DNA from: Candidatus Eiseniibacteriota bacterium
GTDB taxonomy: Bacteria > Eisenbacteria > RBG-16-71-46 > CAIMUX01 > VGJL01
Length of the DNA stretch: 64,000 nucleotides
NCBI GenBank assembly: GCA_963792585.1
Contig: CAWBWI010000006.1
Span: 416,001-480,000 of the forward strand
Direction of reading: 5' to 3'
Of this stretch, positions 55,477 through 64,000 are shown piece after piece. The notes below the pieces were generated by a model. That model saw only the letters and a list, made by a program, of their open reading frames with translations. It ran no database searches and had not been told where the DNA came from. How positions within the stretch are numbered: the first letter of the stretch is position 1; every line of letters begins with the position of its first letter. A program made the translations under genes and the position numbers.

Positions 55477-55583
55477 ATTTTAGTGCGTATATCGGTCGCT
55501 ATCAATCAGGATATGAACAAAATTATTGCGCCGCAATCACCCTACAATCAGGTTTCTGTTGGCCGGATGGAGTTCTAACTCGA

Positions 55584-58500
55584 GTGTTCGAAACAAGGTA
55601 CATCGTCAGCAGGACATTGAGCGCGCGGGACGGACACATCATCACCTGCGCTCGAGATTCGTGGACCGACCGCGACGTTGTCTTGAAGACCGCACCGACG
55701 TCTCTCGCCCTACGCGAGGCGCGCTGCCTCCTGGCGCTCCCGCATGGGGTCGCCCCCACACTCATCGATCTGTTCGCGAGGGGCACCGAGGAATGGACCC
55801 TCGTCGTCGAGCGCCTCGAGGGGACTACCCTCCGCGAGACGGCTGCGGAGCTCTCCCCTGAGCACCTGCCGCTGCTTGCGCGGACGATCTGCCAAGCCCT
55901 CGCGGAAGTCCACCGAACGGGGTGGCTGCACGCGGACCTCAAACCGGAGAACATCTTCCTCCCGCGCGTCGGGGAGGAGACGGACGTCAGACTGCTCGAC
56001 TTCGGCTTCGCGATCGATCTGTTCGGCGCCCCCGACATCGACGACCGTGGGGGGACGCCTCCCTATACAGCCCCCGAGCTGCTGAAAGGGTGGATCGTCG
56101 ATGGTCGAGCGGATCTCTACTCCCTGGGTGTGGTCCTCGAGGGAATCCTGCCGAACCACGGACGGGATCCTCGTTGGGACCCGATCATCGAGAGGCTGCT
56201 GCAGGAAGTCCCCGGCAAGCGTCCGCCATCCGCTGTTGCTCTCCGCGACGAGATCGACCAGGCATTCGGCCTCGTCGGGATCCCCCATCGGCATCCGCGC
56301 TTCGGAGCCGGCCCGATGCGAGGGCGCGCAGACGAGATCGCGCTCATCCGCAGCCGCGCCACCCCCGGCGCGCGAATCCTGATTCAGGCGCGACCTGGAA
56401 CAGGATTGTCGCGCTTCCTCAAGGAGGCGGTCATCGATATCGCGACCGCTGATGGGGGTCCTGTCCGCGCGATCGACCTCGGCGAAATCCGCACCGGGGA
56501 AGGATTGGATCGCGCCCTCGCATCGCTCGGTCGATCCGATAGAGGACAGGAAATCATCCTATGCGGGATCCCGGATCCCTCGCCGGGCCTTCACTGGGTC
56601 CAGGAGCCGGTCCGCTCGGCGCTCCAGCGACTCGTTTTCCACCAGCGATGGCGTCGTCAATCGCTCCCCCCCCTTGATGACGCAAGCTACCGGGAGATCA
56701 TCAACGCGAGCGTCGGCGCGGTCGACCCCGTCGGCGACGGGCTCTCGCGGGAACTCCACGATCGCACCGAGGGCGATCTGCCGCGGGCAGGGGAAGGCTT
56801 CCTCCATGCGGTACGTGGCGGCGGATCCGAGAATGGCCTCCGGTGGAAGTTCGACCGCGACTCCGCGCACGGCGCGCTGGCGCAATGGAATCCCGGCCCG
56901 ATTCCACCGTTGCTCCAGCGGATCTCCTCGCCCCTGATCACATCACTGCGCATCTGCGCCCGTGCGGGCCGTTCGTTTCCGGAGGATCTAGCGAGTGCCC
57001 TCTTCGATCGGTTCAGCGAAGTAGCGGCCTTGGAAGATCTGCTGGGCCACGGTCTCCTCATTGCGCGGGGAGAGGATCGCCTGGAGTTCGTCACAGCGAG
57101 TCTCTGGCGGGAGGCGTTTGGAGAGGATCCCTCCCAGGTTCGTGAGGTAGACGGCTGGTTGAACGAGCGATTCGATCCCTCGCCGGAGCAGGTCGGGGAC
57201 GTCCTTCAGGCATGCGCGCTCGCGCGACGCTCGGGCAGCGGCGCGAAGGAATCCGATCTGCTGTCCAGGGCACTGGCCAGCGCCGTCGCGCAGCGCCGGC
57301 ACCGCGACGTTCTCGCGCTCTTCGCCTACCCCGAAGCGCCGCCCCCCGTGTGGACGGCCGAAACGGCCCTCCATCATCTCGCCAAGCTCAGGACGATCCT
57401 TGGCCCTGAAACGAGCGAGGATTGGCTCCTCGCCGTCGCCGGCGGCGCGATCCGGTCGGTCGACGTCGCCCTCGGTGTCCAGCTCATGGAGAGGGCCGCA
57501 AACACACGCGACCCGAAGGCGGGGGTGTATGCCCTCTACCTGCTTGCGGAACGCGCGGCCGACCAACCCACCAGTCCGCTCTTCGACGGATACGTGGAGG
57601 CCCTCCAGAGATGGGAGGGTGTGCCGGAGGGAACCCCTCCGGGCGTCATCGACTATCTCAAGGCTCTGCGCGAATTCGCCACGGGACACGCCGCTGAAGC
57701 GGAGGACAGCGCGAGGAGGGCAACGCAGAAGCTGCGCGGCAGCGGCCACATTTTCGAAGCCTTGAGCCAGCAGATGAACGCCGTGATCCAGTTCGCGCGC
57801 GCGCCGGAGGAGGCCACGGCCGCCATGAGGAGCGCCATCGAGGTCGCCGGTGATCCGGAGACGGAAGCGCAGCTTCGCTACAACCTCGCCATCATGTACG
57901 ACCGGATCGGAGTGCCCGAACGGGGTCTCGACTGCACGGAACCGGGTATCCGGCGCCTCCTTGGCGGTGCGAATCCGGCGCGGATCAACTACCTGCGAAC
58001 ACAACGCTGCCATGAGCTGGTCTTGCTCGATCGGATCGATGAGGCGCAGGAAGAGATCCTGGCGCTCCTATCGCTTCCATCGAATCGATTCATGCCCATC
58101 AGGCTCGTCTCCCTCCGCTCGGACCTGAGTATCTGCCATCTTCACCGGGGCAATGAACGGGAGTGCCTCCGCCAGGCCGAGATGACGGTAACCGCCGCGG
58201 CCCAGGGAGCCCCGAACAACTTGATCTGGGGTGCGGCGGCGGACCTGGTCGATGTTCTGATCGATCTGGAGCGCCACGAGCGGATTCGCGATCATCTCCC
58301 CACTCTCCGGGAGCTTTCCATTGGGGGTGACGCATCGACTCGGATCGCTGCCGCACGTGTCGAAGCGGTTCGGGCACAAGCAGATGGGCATCTCGAGGAG
58401 GCGGCGCGTCATCTGGAGGCAACGATGTCGGATGTTCGCGAGTTCATCTATCCCCTCGAGCGCGCCAGGATCCTCCACCAACTGGGATCGGTCCGCCTTG

Positions 58501-58772
58501 CCCAGGGAACGCCCGCCAGCGATCCGGCATTCCTCGACCTCGCACGGGGTCACTTCGAGGAGGAGATCGCCGGATTGCCGGCGACCGGGTACGGCTACTA
58601 CCGCGCGCGCGCCCTGCTGGCGCTCGGCAGAACCCACTCCATTACGGGCGACCAGGACGGCGCCATCGACATCCTCACCGAGGCGATCGATCTTGGCCGC
58701 GATCTCAAGTGCCTTCGCCTCCTCGCGCTGGGACTCCAGGCCCGGGCCCGCGCAGACATGAACGCACTATAA
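55584..58772 (+). CDS. Ser/Thr protein kinase-degenerate P-loop-TPR-like protein (start uncertain; ORF open from 55386)
   Basis: VVLK, REA, HADLKPEN, DFG, GTPPYTAPE, DLYSLG; then RGRADEI..RPGTGLSR; helical TPR-like C-terminal half. Confidence 0.85.
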   Translation: MFETRYIVSRTLSARDGHIITCARDSWTDRDVVLKTAPTSLALREARCLLALPHGVAPTLIDLFARGTEEWTLVVERLEGTTLRETAAELSPEHLPLLARTICQALAEVHRTGWLHADLKPENIFLPRVGEETDVRLLDFGFAIDLFGAPDIDDRGGTPPYTAPELLKGWIVDGRADLYSLGVVLEGILPNHGRDPRWDPIIERLLQEVPGKRPPSAVALRDEIDQAFGLVGIPHRHPRFGAGPMRGRADEIALIRSRATPGARILIQARPGTGLSRFLKEAVIDIATADGGPVRAIDLGEIRTGEGLDRALASLGRSDRGQEIILCGIPDPSPGLHWVQEPVRSALQRLVFHQRWRRQSLPPLDDASYREIINASVGAVDPVGDGLSRELHDRTEGDLPRAGEGFLHAVRGGGSENGLRWKFDRDSAHGALAQWNPGPIPPLLQRISSPLITSLRICARAGRSFPEDLASALFDRFSEVAALEDLLGHGLLIARGEDRLEFVTASLWREAFGEDPSQVREVDGWLNERFDPSPEQVGDVLQACALARRSGSGAKESDLLSRALASAVAQRRHRDVLALFAYPEAPPPVWTAETALHHLAKLRTILGPETSEDWLLAVAGGAIRSVDVALGVQLMERAANTRDPKAGVYALYLLAERAADQPTSPLFDGYVEALQRWEGVPEGTPPGVIDYLKALREFATGHAAEAEDSARRATQKLRGSGHIFEALSQQMNAVIQFARAPEEATAAMRSAIEVAGDPETEAQLRYNLAIMYDRIGVPERGLDCTEPGIRRLLGGANPARINYLRTQRCHELVLLDRIDEAQEEILALLSLPSNRFMPIRLVSLRSDLSICHLHRGNERECLRQAEMTVTAAAQGAPNNLIWGAAADLVDVLIDLERHERIRDHLPTLRELSIGGDASTRIAAARVEAVRAQADGHLEEAARHLEATMSDVREFIYPLERARILHQLGSVRLAQGTPASDPAFLDLARGHFEEEIAGLPATGYGYYRARALLALGRTHSITGDQDGAIDILTEAIDLGRDLKCLRLLALGLQARARADMNAL

Positions 58773-58836
58773 GAGATTCGAGGGGCGATGGAGGATCGCC
58801 GTCCTGGGGTTGGAGCCTTGCCTCAAGGAGGACTCC

Positions 58837-59295
58837 ATGCAAGCTCGTACGCGTCGTGCAGTCGTCGTGGCCATGTGCGCCGTTCTGGGCGCCGCCATTC
58901 TGTGTTCCATGCTCGATCCCTCCCCCTGCCGAGCCGGGGAGACGGGCGTCCTGAAGCTCAAGGTCCGCCAGTGCCTCGGCAGCAACTGGATCAGTGGTGC
59001 GGACGTGGAGGTGTCGATCCAGCGGTCCGGCTCCGGGGAGGTCGACTCGGCAAAAGGCACAACGAACAGCACCGGTTATGTCGAATTCACGTTCTACGAT
59101 CTGGAGGGTGACGACGAAGCCCACGTCACGGTGACCCCGAGCGGGCTGAGTCCCGACGGAAGCCACCTCTACATCTGGAACGCGTCCCAAGCGCGTTCGG
59201 AAGGGCACTTCTCCCTCACTTCGGACTCCGACTCGATCTGCGACGACGAGTGGTACGACCTGGGGAATCGGATCTTCCTCTGCAAGTACCACTAG
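58837..59295 (+). CDS. Small secreted hypothetical beta-rich protein
   Basis: AAGGAGG SD; signal peptide; I.GADV.V...GTTNSTGYVEF; Cys pair near the C-terminus. Confidence 0.75.
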   Translation: MQARTRRAVVVAMCAVLGAAILCSMLDPSPCRAGETGVLKLKVRQCLGSNWISGADVEVSIQRSGSGEVDSAKGTTNSTGYVEFTFYDLEGDDEAHVTVTPSGLSPDGSHLYIWNASQARSEGHFSLTSDSDSICDDEWYDLGNRIFLCKYH

Positions 59296-59301
59296 CGCGG
59301 G

Positions 59302-60207
59302 TCAGAAGACGCTGACCTTGAAGTACTTCTTCGGGTCGGCCTTGATGTCGCCGATCAGCGCGCGCGTCTCGTTCAGGGTGCCCGTGAGTTCCCGGTAGAG
59401 GTCCTCGTCCCGCATCAGCTTGCCCATCGACCCTTCTCCGCGGTCGAGGCGGGACATGAGGGAATCGGCCCGGGCCACCGCAGCCTGGAGCGTGACGAGC
59501 GCGCTGTCGGCGCGCGCCGCGGCCCGTGTGGAGGCCGTCAGCAGGGTGCCGACCTGCTCGTCGCGGCCATTCAACGTCCGGTGCAGGTCGTCCATCGCCA
59601 CGCTGAAGTTGCGGACGGCCTGCGCCAGCTCCCCGTGGGTCTCCTTCATGAATCGCGCGAGGTCTTCCGTGATCGTCTCGGTGTTCCTCAGGGTGCGCCG
59701 GAGCGACCCTTGATCCGATTCGTCGAATGCGGCGAGCAACGTGTCGAGGCGAGTGGTCAGGCGATCGAACGAGGCGAGCACCGTCTCGAGATTCGACATG
59801 AACTCCGGAATCCCCGGCTGGTAGCCCCCTCGGAAGTTGCGGCCGGCAGGGTCGACAGGGGCGGTTTCGACCCCCGGGTAGATCGCGACGAGCTTCTGCC
59901 CCATGATTCCGACATTCTCGATCACGAAGCGGGTGTCGGCGTGGAGCTCCACCCCCTTGTCCAGATCGAGCGAGACGAGGGCGCGGCCGGACTCGAAGCG
60001 AATTCCCGACACCTGCCCGGAAGGCACGCCGCGAACCTCGACGGGATCCCCCTTCACCAATCCGCTCGTCGTCGGGAATTCGACGACGACCTTCACGTTC
60101 TGACCACCGAACTTGAAGTTCTTGAACCAGAGGATTCCCGCCACGAGGATGGCCACGGAGAGGATAAACACCAAGCCGACCCGAACCTGTTGCGCGCGCT
60201 CGGACAT
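59302..60207 (-). CDS. mlaD: MlaD/MCE family protein
   Basis: VRVGLV, SGL..GDPV..RGV..GQV, GIMGQK, GEGSMGKL..DEDLY, DIKADPKKY. Confidence 0.9.
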   Translation of the reverse strand: MSERAQQVRVGLVFILSVAILVAGILWFKNFKFGGQNVKVVVEFPTTSGLVKGDPVEVRGVPSGQVSGIRFESGRALVSLDLDKGVELHADTRFVIENVGIMGQKLVAIYPGVETAPVDPAGRNFRGGYQPGIPEFMSNLETVLASFDRLTTRLDTLLAAFDESDQGSLRRTLRNTETITEDLARFMKETHGELAQAVRNFSVAMDDLHRTLNGRDEQVGTLLTASTRAAARADSALVTLQAAVARADSLMSRLDRGEGSMGKLMRDEDLYRELTGTLNETRALIGDIKADPKKYFKVSVF

Positions 60208-60220
60208 CCGTCCTCCCGAA

Positions 60221-60997
60221 TCAGACCTTTCGGCCCGTCTGTGACGCCTCGACACCGTCGGTCAGCGGCCCCTTCGCCTCGCCGTTGATGAACTGCCGGA
60301 CGATCGGATCCTCGGTCGAGCGGATCGCGTCCGGGGTCCCCACGAACTGGATCTTCCCCTGATGCAGGAGACACAGCCGGTCCCCGACCGTGTACGCGCT
60401 CCTCATGTCGTGCGTGACCACGATGGAAGTGATCTTGAGCCTCGCCTGCAGATCCCGCATCAGAGTATTGATCTGCTCCGAAGTGATCGGGTCGAGGCCG
60501 GTCGTCGGCTCGTCGTAGAGGATGTAGGCCGCATCCATCGCGATCGCACGCGCGAGCCCGACCCGCTTGCGCATCCCCCCCGACAGATCGGAGGGTCTCT
60601 TCCCCTGGATGCCGGGCAGACCCACGAGCCCGAGCTTCTCCTCGCAGATCCGCACGATCTCCGCTTCGCTCTTCTTCGTGTGCTCCCGCAGGGCAAGCCC
60701 GACGTTCTCACCAACCGACATGGAATCGAAGAGCGCCGCGGTCTGGAACAGCATCCCGAAACGTCGGCGGAGATCGGCCAGACCATCGTAGGAGAGTTTG
60801 GTGACCTCGATCCCATCCACCCGGATCGAGCCGGCGTCCGGCCGGATCAGGCCGATGATGTTCTTCAGGAGCACACTCTTTCCGCTGCCCGACCGCCCGA
60901 GGATCACCACGCACTGTCCGGTCGGAATCTGGAGGTCGACCCCATCCAGGACCGTCATGCTCCCAAAGCGCTTCGTCAGGCCCTGGACCTCGATCAT
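60221..60997 (-). CDS. mlaF: MlaF-type ABC ATPase
   Basis: GRSGSGKS, FQ..ALFDSM, LSGGMRKRVGLARA, YDEPTTGLDP, VTHD. Confidence 0.92.
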   Translation of the reverse strand: MIEVQGLTKRFGSMTVLDGVDLQIPTGQCVVILGRSGSGKSVLLKNIIGLIRPDAGSIRVDGIEVTKLSYDGLADLRRRFGMLFQTAALFDSMSVGENVGLALREHTKKSEAEIVRICEEKLGLVGLPGIQGKRPSDLSGGMRKRVGLARAIAMDAAYILYDEPTTGLDPITSEQINTLMRDLQARLKITSIVVTHDMRSAYTVGDRLCLLHQGKIQFVGTPDAIRSTEDPIVRQFINGEAKGPLTDGVEASQTGRKV

Positions 60998-61052
60998 GGT
61001 CGTCTCAACCTGTCGCCCTTTCGATGGGATGCATTGCCAAATCGTCGCCCTC

Positions 61053-61859
61053 TCAGTTCGGCGCGAACAGGATGCGGAAGATCACCTCCGCAAGGAAGTA
61101 ATCGGCCACAAGGATCATGACGCAGCAGGCGACGACCGCCTTCATCGTCGCGGCGCCGACCCCCTCCGCCCCCCCCGACGTGCTGAATCCGAAGAAACAG
61201 CCCGAGATGGCGATGACGCCGCCGAAGACGAACGATTTGATCAGCCCACCGTAGATGTCATGGGGATCGAACATGATCCGCATCCCCCGCGTAAAGGTGT
61301 GAACCGAGATCCCCACCCGGGCGACGGCGACGACCATCCCACCGACGATCGCGATCGCATTGGCAAAGACCGTGATGACGGGGAGCATCACCACCGCCCC
61401 GACGAACCGAGGGACGGCGAGGTAGCGGATCGGGCGGATCGCGAGGGTCTCGAGCGCGTCGATCTGCTCGGTCACCTTCATCGTGCCGATCTCGGCGGCG
61501 ATCGAGGCGCCGACGCGCGCTCCTACGACGAGGGCGGTCAGGACCGGACCCAGTTCGATGAAGACCGACTTCGCCAGGACCGTCCCCACGTAGATCAGGG
61601 GAATCGCCCCCTGGAACTGATACGAACTCTGGAGGGCAGCCACGCCGCCTACGAAGACCGACGTGAGGACCACCAGCGGCATCGACTCGTTGCCCATGTG
61701 GAAGCACTGGCGCAGGATCAACCGGCGGTATCGAAGGCCGCCGGGGAACTCCGCGATGAAGCGGGCCATAAAGAGGGCGAAGCGGCCGGCGCCCGCGAGG
61801 GAATCGAGGACGATCTCCCCGGCGGCAACGAGGGGGTTTTGCAGGGCTCGGGTGCTCAC
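61053..61859 (-). CDS. mlaE: MlaE-type ABC permease
   Basis: ELGPVLTAL..RVGASIAAEIGTMKVTEQIDAL..YL.VPR, GGAEGVG.AT..AVV. Confidence 0.93.
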   Translation of the reverse strand: MSTRALQNPLVAAGEIVLDSLAGAGRFALFMARFIAEFPGGLRYRRLILRQCFHMGNESMPLVVLTSVFVGGVAALQSSYQFQGAIPLIYVGTVLAKSVFIELGPVLTALVVGARVGASIAAEIGTMKVTEQIDALETLAIRPIRYLAVPRFVGAVVMLPVITVFANAIAIVGGMVVAVARVGISVHTFTRGMRIMFDPHDIYGGLIKSFVFGGVIAISGCFFGFSTSGGAEGVGAATMKAVVACCVMILVADYFLAEVIFRILFAPN

Positions 61860-61991
61860 GCGGGGGTTCGACTCCTCTCCGGGAGACGGTGTGGACCGGC
61901 CGATCCAACTCGCTACCCACCGGAGAATAACCCGAACGCGCCCGAGGCGACAGACCCCGGGCGCGTTCGGAGGGACGAGCGGAGAAGGCGG

Positions 61992-62561
61992 CTACCCGCC
62001 GCAGCGGGCCGAGCCGACGACCGAACGGGGCGCGGGCGGCGACCCTACGGAGAGCACAAGGGCCGCCGGATGGCCGCAATCGTGCATGTGCACGCGATAA
62101 GCTGTGAGGTTCGCGAAGGGGACGCTGCAGTACGGGTCGTAATAGACGCTCCCGCGCGGCGGGCACTCGGCGTAGCGCGCCTCGATCCGCAGGTTCGGGA
62201 CATAGAGGCCGAGCGAGGCGCTCCAGTGGAACCGATCCGTTCCCAGGGAGATCATCGGAGAGCCAGTGAATCCGGGAACGACCGCGCAGTGCGGCGCGAC
62301 GCCCGCGGGCACGGCGACGCGATGAATCCGATGGCGGCGGCGCTCCTGTCGGTACTCCCTGCGCCTTTCCCGGCGATCCTCCCGGCGGAGCTGGCGGCGA
62401 TCCTGCCTGCGCTCCTGCCGAAGTTCGCGGCGATCTTCGCGCCGATCCCGGCGATCGCCTCGGTGCGCATTCGCGTCGACGGCGCTTGCGCCCGCGAATC
62501 CGATGACCAGGGCCGTGATGATGGTCAACCGGCGCGTCCAAGCTGCATGGGCGATTGTCAT
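61992..62561 (-). CDS. Secreted hypothetical protein with Arg/Asp/Glu low-complexity tract and zinc-finger-like C-terminal motif
   Basis: GGGAGG SD; signal peptide ending ANA; repeated RRExRQ; YYDPYC...F.....Y..H...C.H. Confidence 0.7.
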   Translation of the reverse strand: MTIAHAAWTRRLTIITALVIGFAGASAVDANAHRGDRRDRREDRRELRQERRQDRRQLRREDRRERRREYRQERRRHRIHRVAVPAGVAPHCAVVPGFTGSPMISLGTDRFHWSASLGLYVPNLRIEARYAECPPRGSVYYDPYCSVPFANLTAYRVHMHDCGHPAALVLSVGSPPAPRSVVGSARCGG

Positions 62562-62655
62562 CGTTTCCTCCCGGCCCTGCGTCGGGCCAAGCCCCTTGCC
62601 GCGTTTCTACAGCGGAGCGGGCCGCCGGTTCCCCGCCGCGCGGGCGGATTGGGGA

Positions 62656-63831
62656 CTAGAATCCGTCCGCCATCCAGGGCTGGGGGCCCGAGAAGATCCG
62701 CGCGGCCGTCGCGAGGGTCGTCGGATCCCCCTCGATCCAGCCGATACGGGCGAGTTCCTGCGGCACGAGCATCGATGAATAGAGCGGCGCCAAACCGCGG
62801 ACGCCGCAGCGCAGATCGCCCCGGCCGCCCCGAGTCACCTTTCCCGACCCATCCGCGACGTGGAGAATGAAACGCCCGGCGTTGCCCTGCAGGAGATCAT
62901 CCGCAACCTCGAGGTGCAGGTCCGCGGCGACCCCTTCGGGATATCCTCGCTGCTCGAGCGCGGCGGGGACGTCGACGATGCGCAGCATCCACCGCTCGCT
63001 TCCCCTGTGCTGAAACCGCTGCTCCTCGGGCGAGCAGAGGAGGGGGTCGACCGGGGGCCCTTTCCAGATCACGTCCTGCACGAGCGATCGGTGGTCCGCA
63101 ACCAGGGTCTGAAGCCGCGCAAAGGCGGCGGGCGTCCGCGCCACCCAATCACGGATGCGCATGTCATGACCGTGATCGCGTCGCTGTTGCACATAGACCA
63201 GATACCCGACAGGGTCGTCCGCGCTGCCGATCCGGTAGCCGAAGACCTGACTGTCGTCGGCCCGCACGGCCCGTTCCCAGATGGCCCGGTTGCGCGCGAG
63301 GCACCCGTTCATCGGCTTGACCCAGTCCTCGTAGAGTTCGTGGAACACCTCGTGCTTCGACGCGTCGATCGGCTCGACCGGCAGCGACCGATCCCCTCGC
63401 GCGAAAGCGGCGGCCGGCATCGAGTACAGGCAGAAGCAGCCCGCCTGCTCGTAGCCGACCGTCCGATAGAGGTGCTGCGTCGAGGCGTAGAGGGCCGATA
63501 GGGGAACCTCCTGCTCGCGCAGTTCCTCGAGAGTCCTCGCCATCAGCGTCTGGGCCACACCGCGTCCCCGCTCTTCGGGGGGGACGCCGACCGCGGCGAT
63601 TCCGCCCATAGGAATCGCCCGTCCACCGAACCACTGCCCCATGAAGAGGATCACGAGCCCGCCGACGACACGGCCGTCCCTGCGAACGGCGCGGAAGCTC
63701 TCCGGTCCCGTGAGTTCCAGGTAGGCCTGCCACTTCGCCGGCGGGAAATCGAAACACTGGGTCAGGATATCGCGCAGCGGGGCCTCTTCCGTCTCGAGGA
63801 CGAGAGGACCGTACTCGATCGCGGGATCCAT
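62656..63831 (-). CDS. Eis-family GNAT acetyltransferase with SCP2-like C-terminus
   Basis: GQWFGGR..MGGIAAVGVPPEERGRGVA, LY..LYR.VGYE, WMLRIVDV.AALE.RGY, P.PWMADGF. Confidence 0.9.
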   Translation of the reverse strand: MDPAIEYGPLVLETEEAPLRDILTQCFDFPPAKWQAYLELTGPESFRAVRRDGRVVGGLVILFMGQWFGGRAIPMGGIAAVGVPPEERGRGVAQTLMARTLEELREQEVPLSALYASTQHLYRTVGYEQAGCFCLYSMPAAAFARGDRSLPVEPIDASKHEVFHELYEDWVKPMNGCLARNRAIWERAVRADDSQVFGYRIGSADDPVGYLVYVQQRRDHGHDMRIRDWVARTPAAFARLQTLVADHRSLVQDVIWKGPPVDPLLCSPEEQRFQHRGSERWMLRIVDVPAALEQRGYPEGVAADLHLEVADDLLQGNAGRFILHVADGSGKVTRGGRGDLRCGVRGLAPLYSSMLVPQELARIGWIEGDPTTLATAARIFSGPQPWMADGF

Positions 63832-63843
63832 CGGATGCCTCCT

Positions 63844-64000
63844 CTACTCGGACTTCCGCTCTGCGGCGACGGCATGGCCGCGTCGCGCGCGAAGCCACTC
63901 GATCACCGGCGGCATGAACGACGCCAGAATGACGACACCGATCACGATGTGAATGTGCTTGTCGAGGTTCGGCACCAGGCGGGCCGAGCCGTAGCCGACG
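63844..64000 (-). CDS. C-terminal end of probable DedA/VTT family membrane protein (5'-truncated)
   Basis: Reverse strand reads VGYGSARLVPNLDKHIHIVIGVVILASFMPPVIEWLRARR...KSE*. Confidence 0.7.
   Translation of the reverse strand, partial: VGYGSARLVPNLDKHIHIVIGVVILASFMPPVIEWLRARRGHAVAAERKSE

Noticed and set aside
58808..58821. GG-N10-GC sigma54-like promoter before the secreted protein
   Set aside because: Poor -24 match, the implied TSS would fall after the SD, and the neighbouring activator lacks GAFTGA.
61862..61882. GGGGGTTCGACTCCTCT, resembling a tRNA T-arm
   Set aside because: No acceptor, D or anticodon arms. It is the reverse complement of the mlaE SD/start region, and the upstream sequence is mlaE coding.

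Overview
GC-rich bacterial chromosomal window, probably from a metagenome assembly. The GWxTD protein, TonB-type receptor, Mla transporter and ACIII genes suggest a diderm of the FCB-associated type such as Ca. Eisenbacteria, but that is inference only. From left to right: a 5'-truncated Cys-rich tandem Ig-like repeat protein; a PDZ lipoprotein; lat and asparaginase II; a TPP riboswitch and thiC, followed co-directionally by a TonB-dependent receptor-like gene and an AmmeMemoRadiSam cluster (AmrB-AmrA fusion, DUF362, AmrS, all with export-type N-termini), with a convergent membrane spermidine-synthase-like gene. Next is a complete alternative complex III (actA-G), SCO and A2-type caa3 oxidase operon. 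Its dense frameshifts between about 18.2 and 29.7 kb look like a mixed-strain consensus artefact. It is followed by DUF3179, a MalT-like/BTAD regulator, heme O and heme A synthases, an M50 peptidase, a fused 2-oxoacid dehydrogenase E1, an SbnI/SerK-like protein, GWxTD and HAD-IB genes. Then come a second TPP riboswitch with thiO-thiS-thiG-thiE, adaA-alkA/ogt and an MFS gene. The last part holds a divergent pair (catalytically degenerate GAF-AAA+-Fis regulator and Ser/Thr kinase-TPR) with a small secreted protein, mlaEFD, an Eis-type GNAT and a partial DedA gene. I saw no rRNA, tRNA, CRISPR array or mobile element. Best leads for new biology: the apparently exported radical-SAM system, the split kinase/dead-bEBP module, and inter-domain cysteine covariation in the repeat protein. 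All calls are by eye from motifs; no searches were run.
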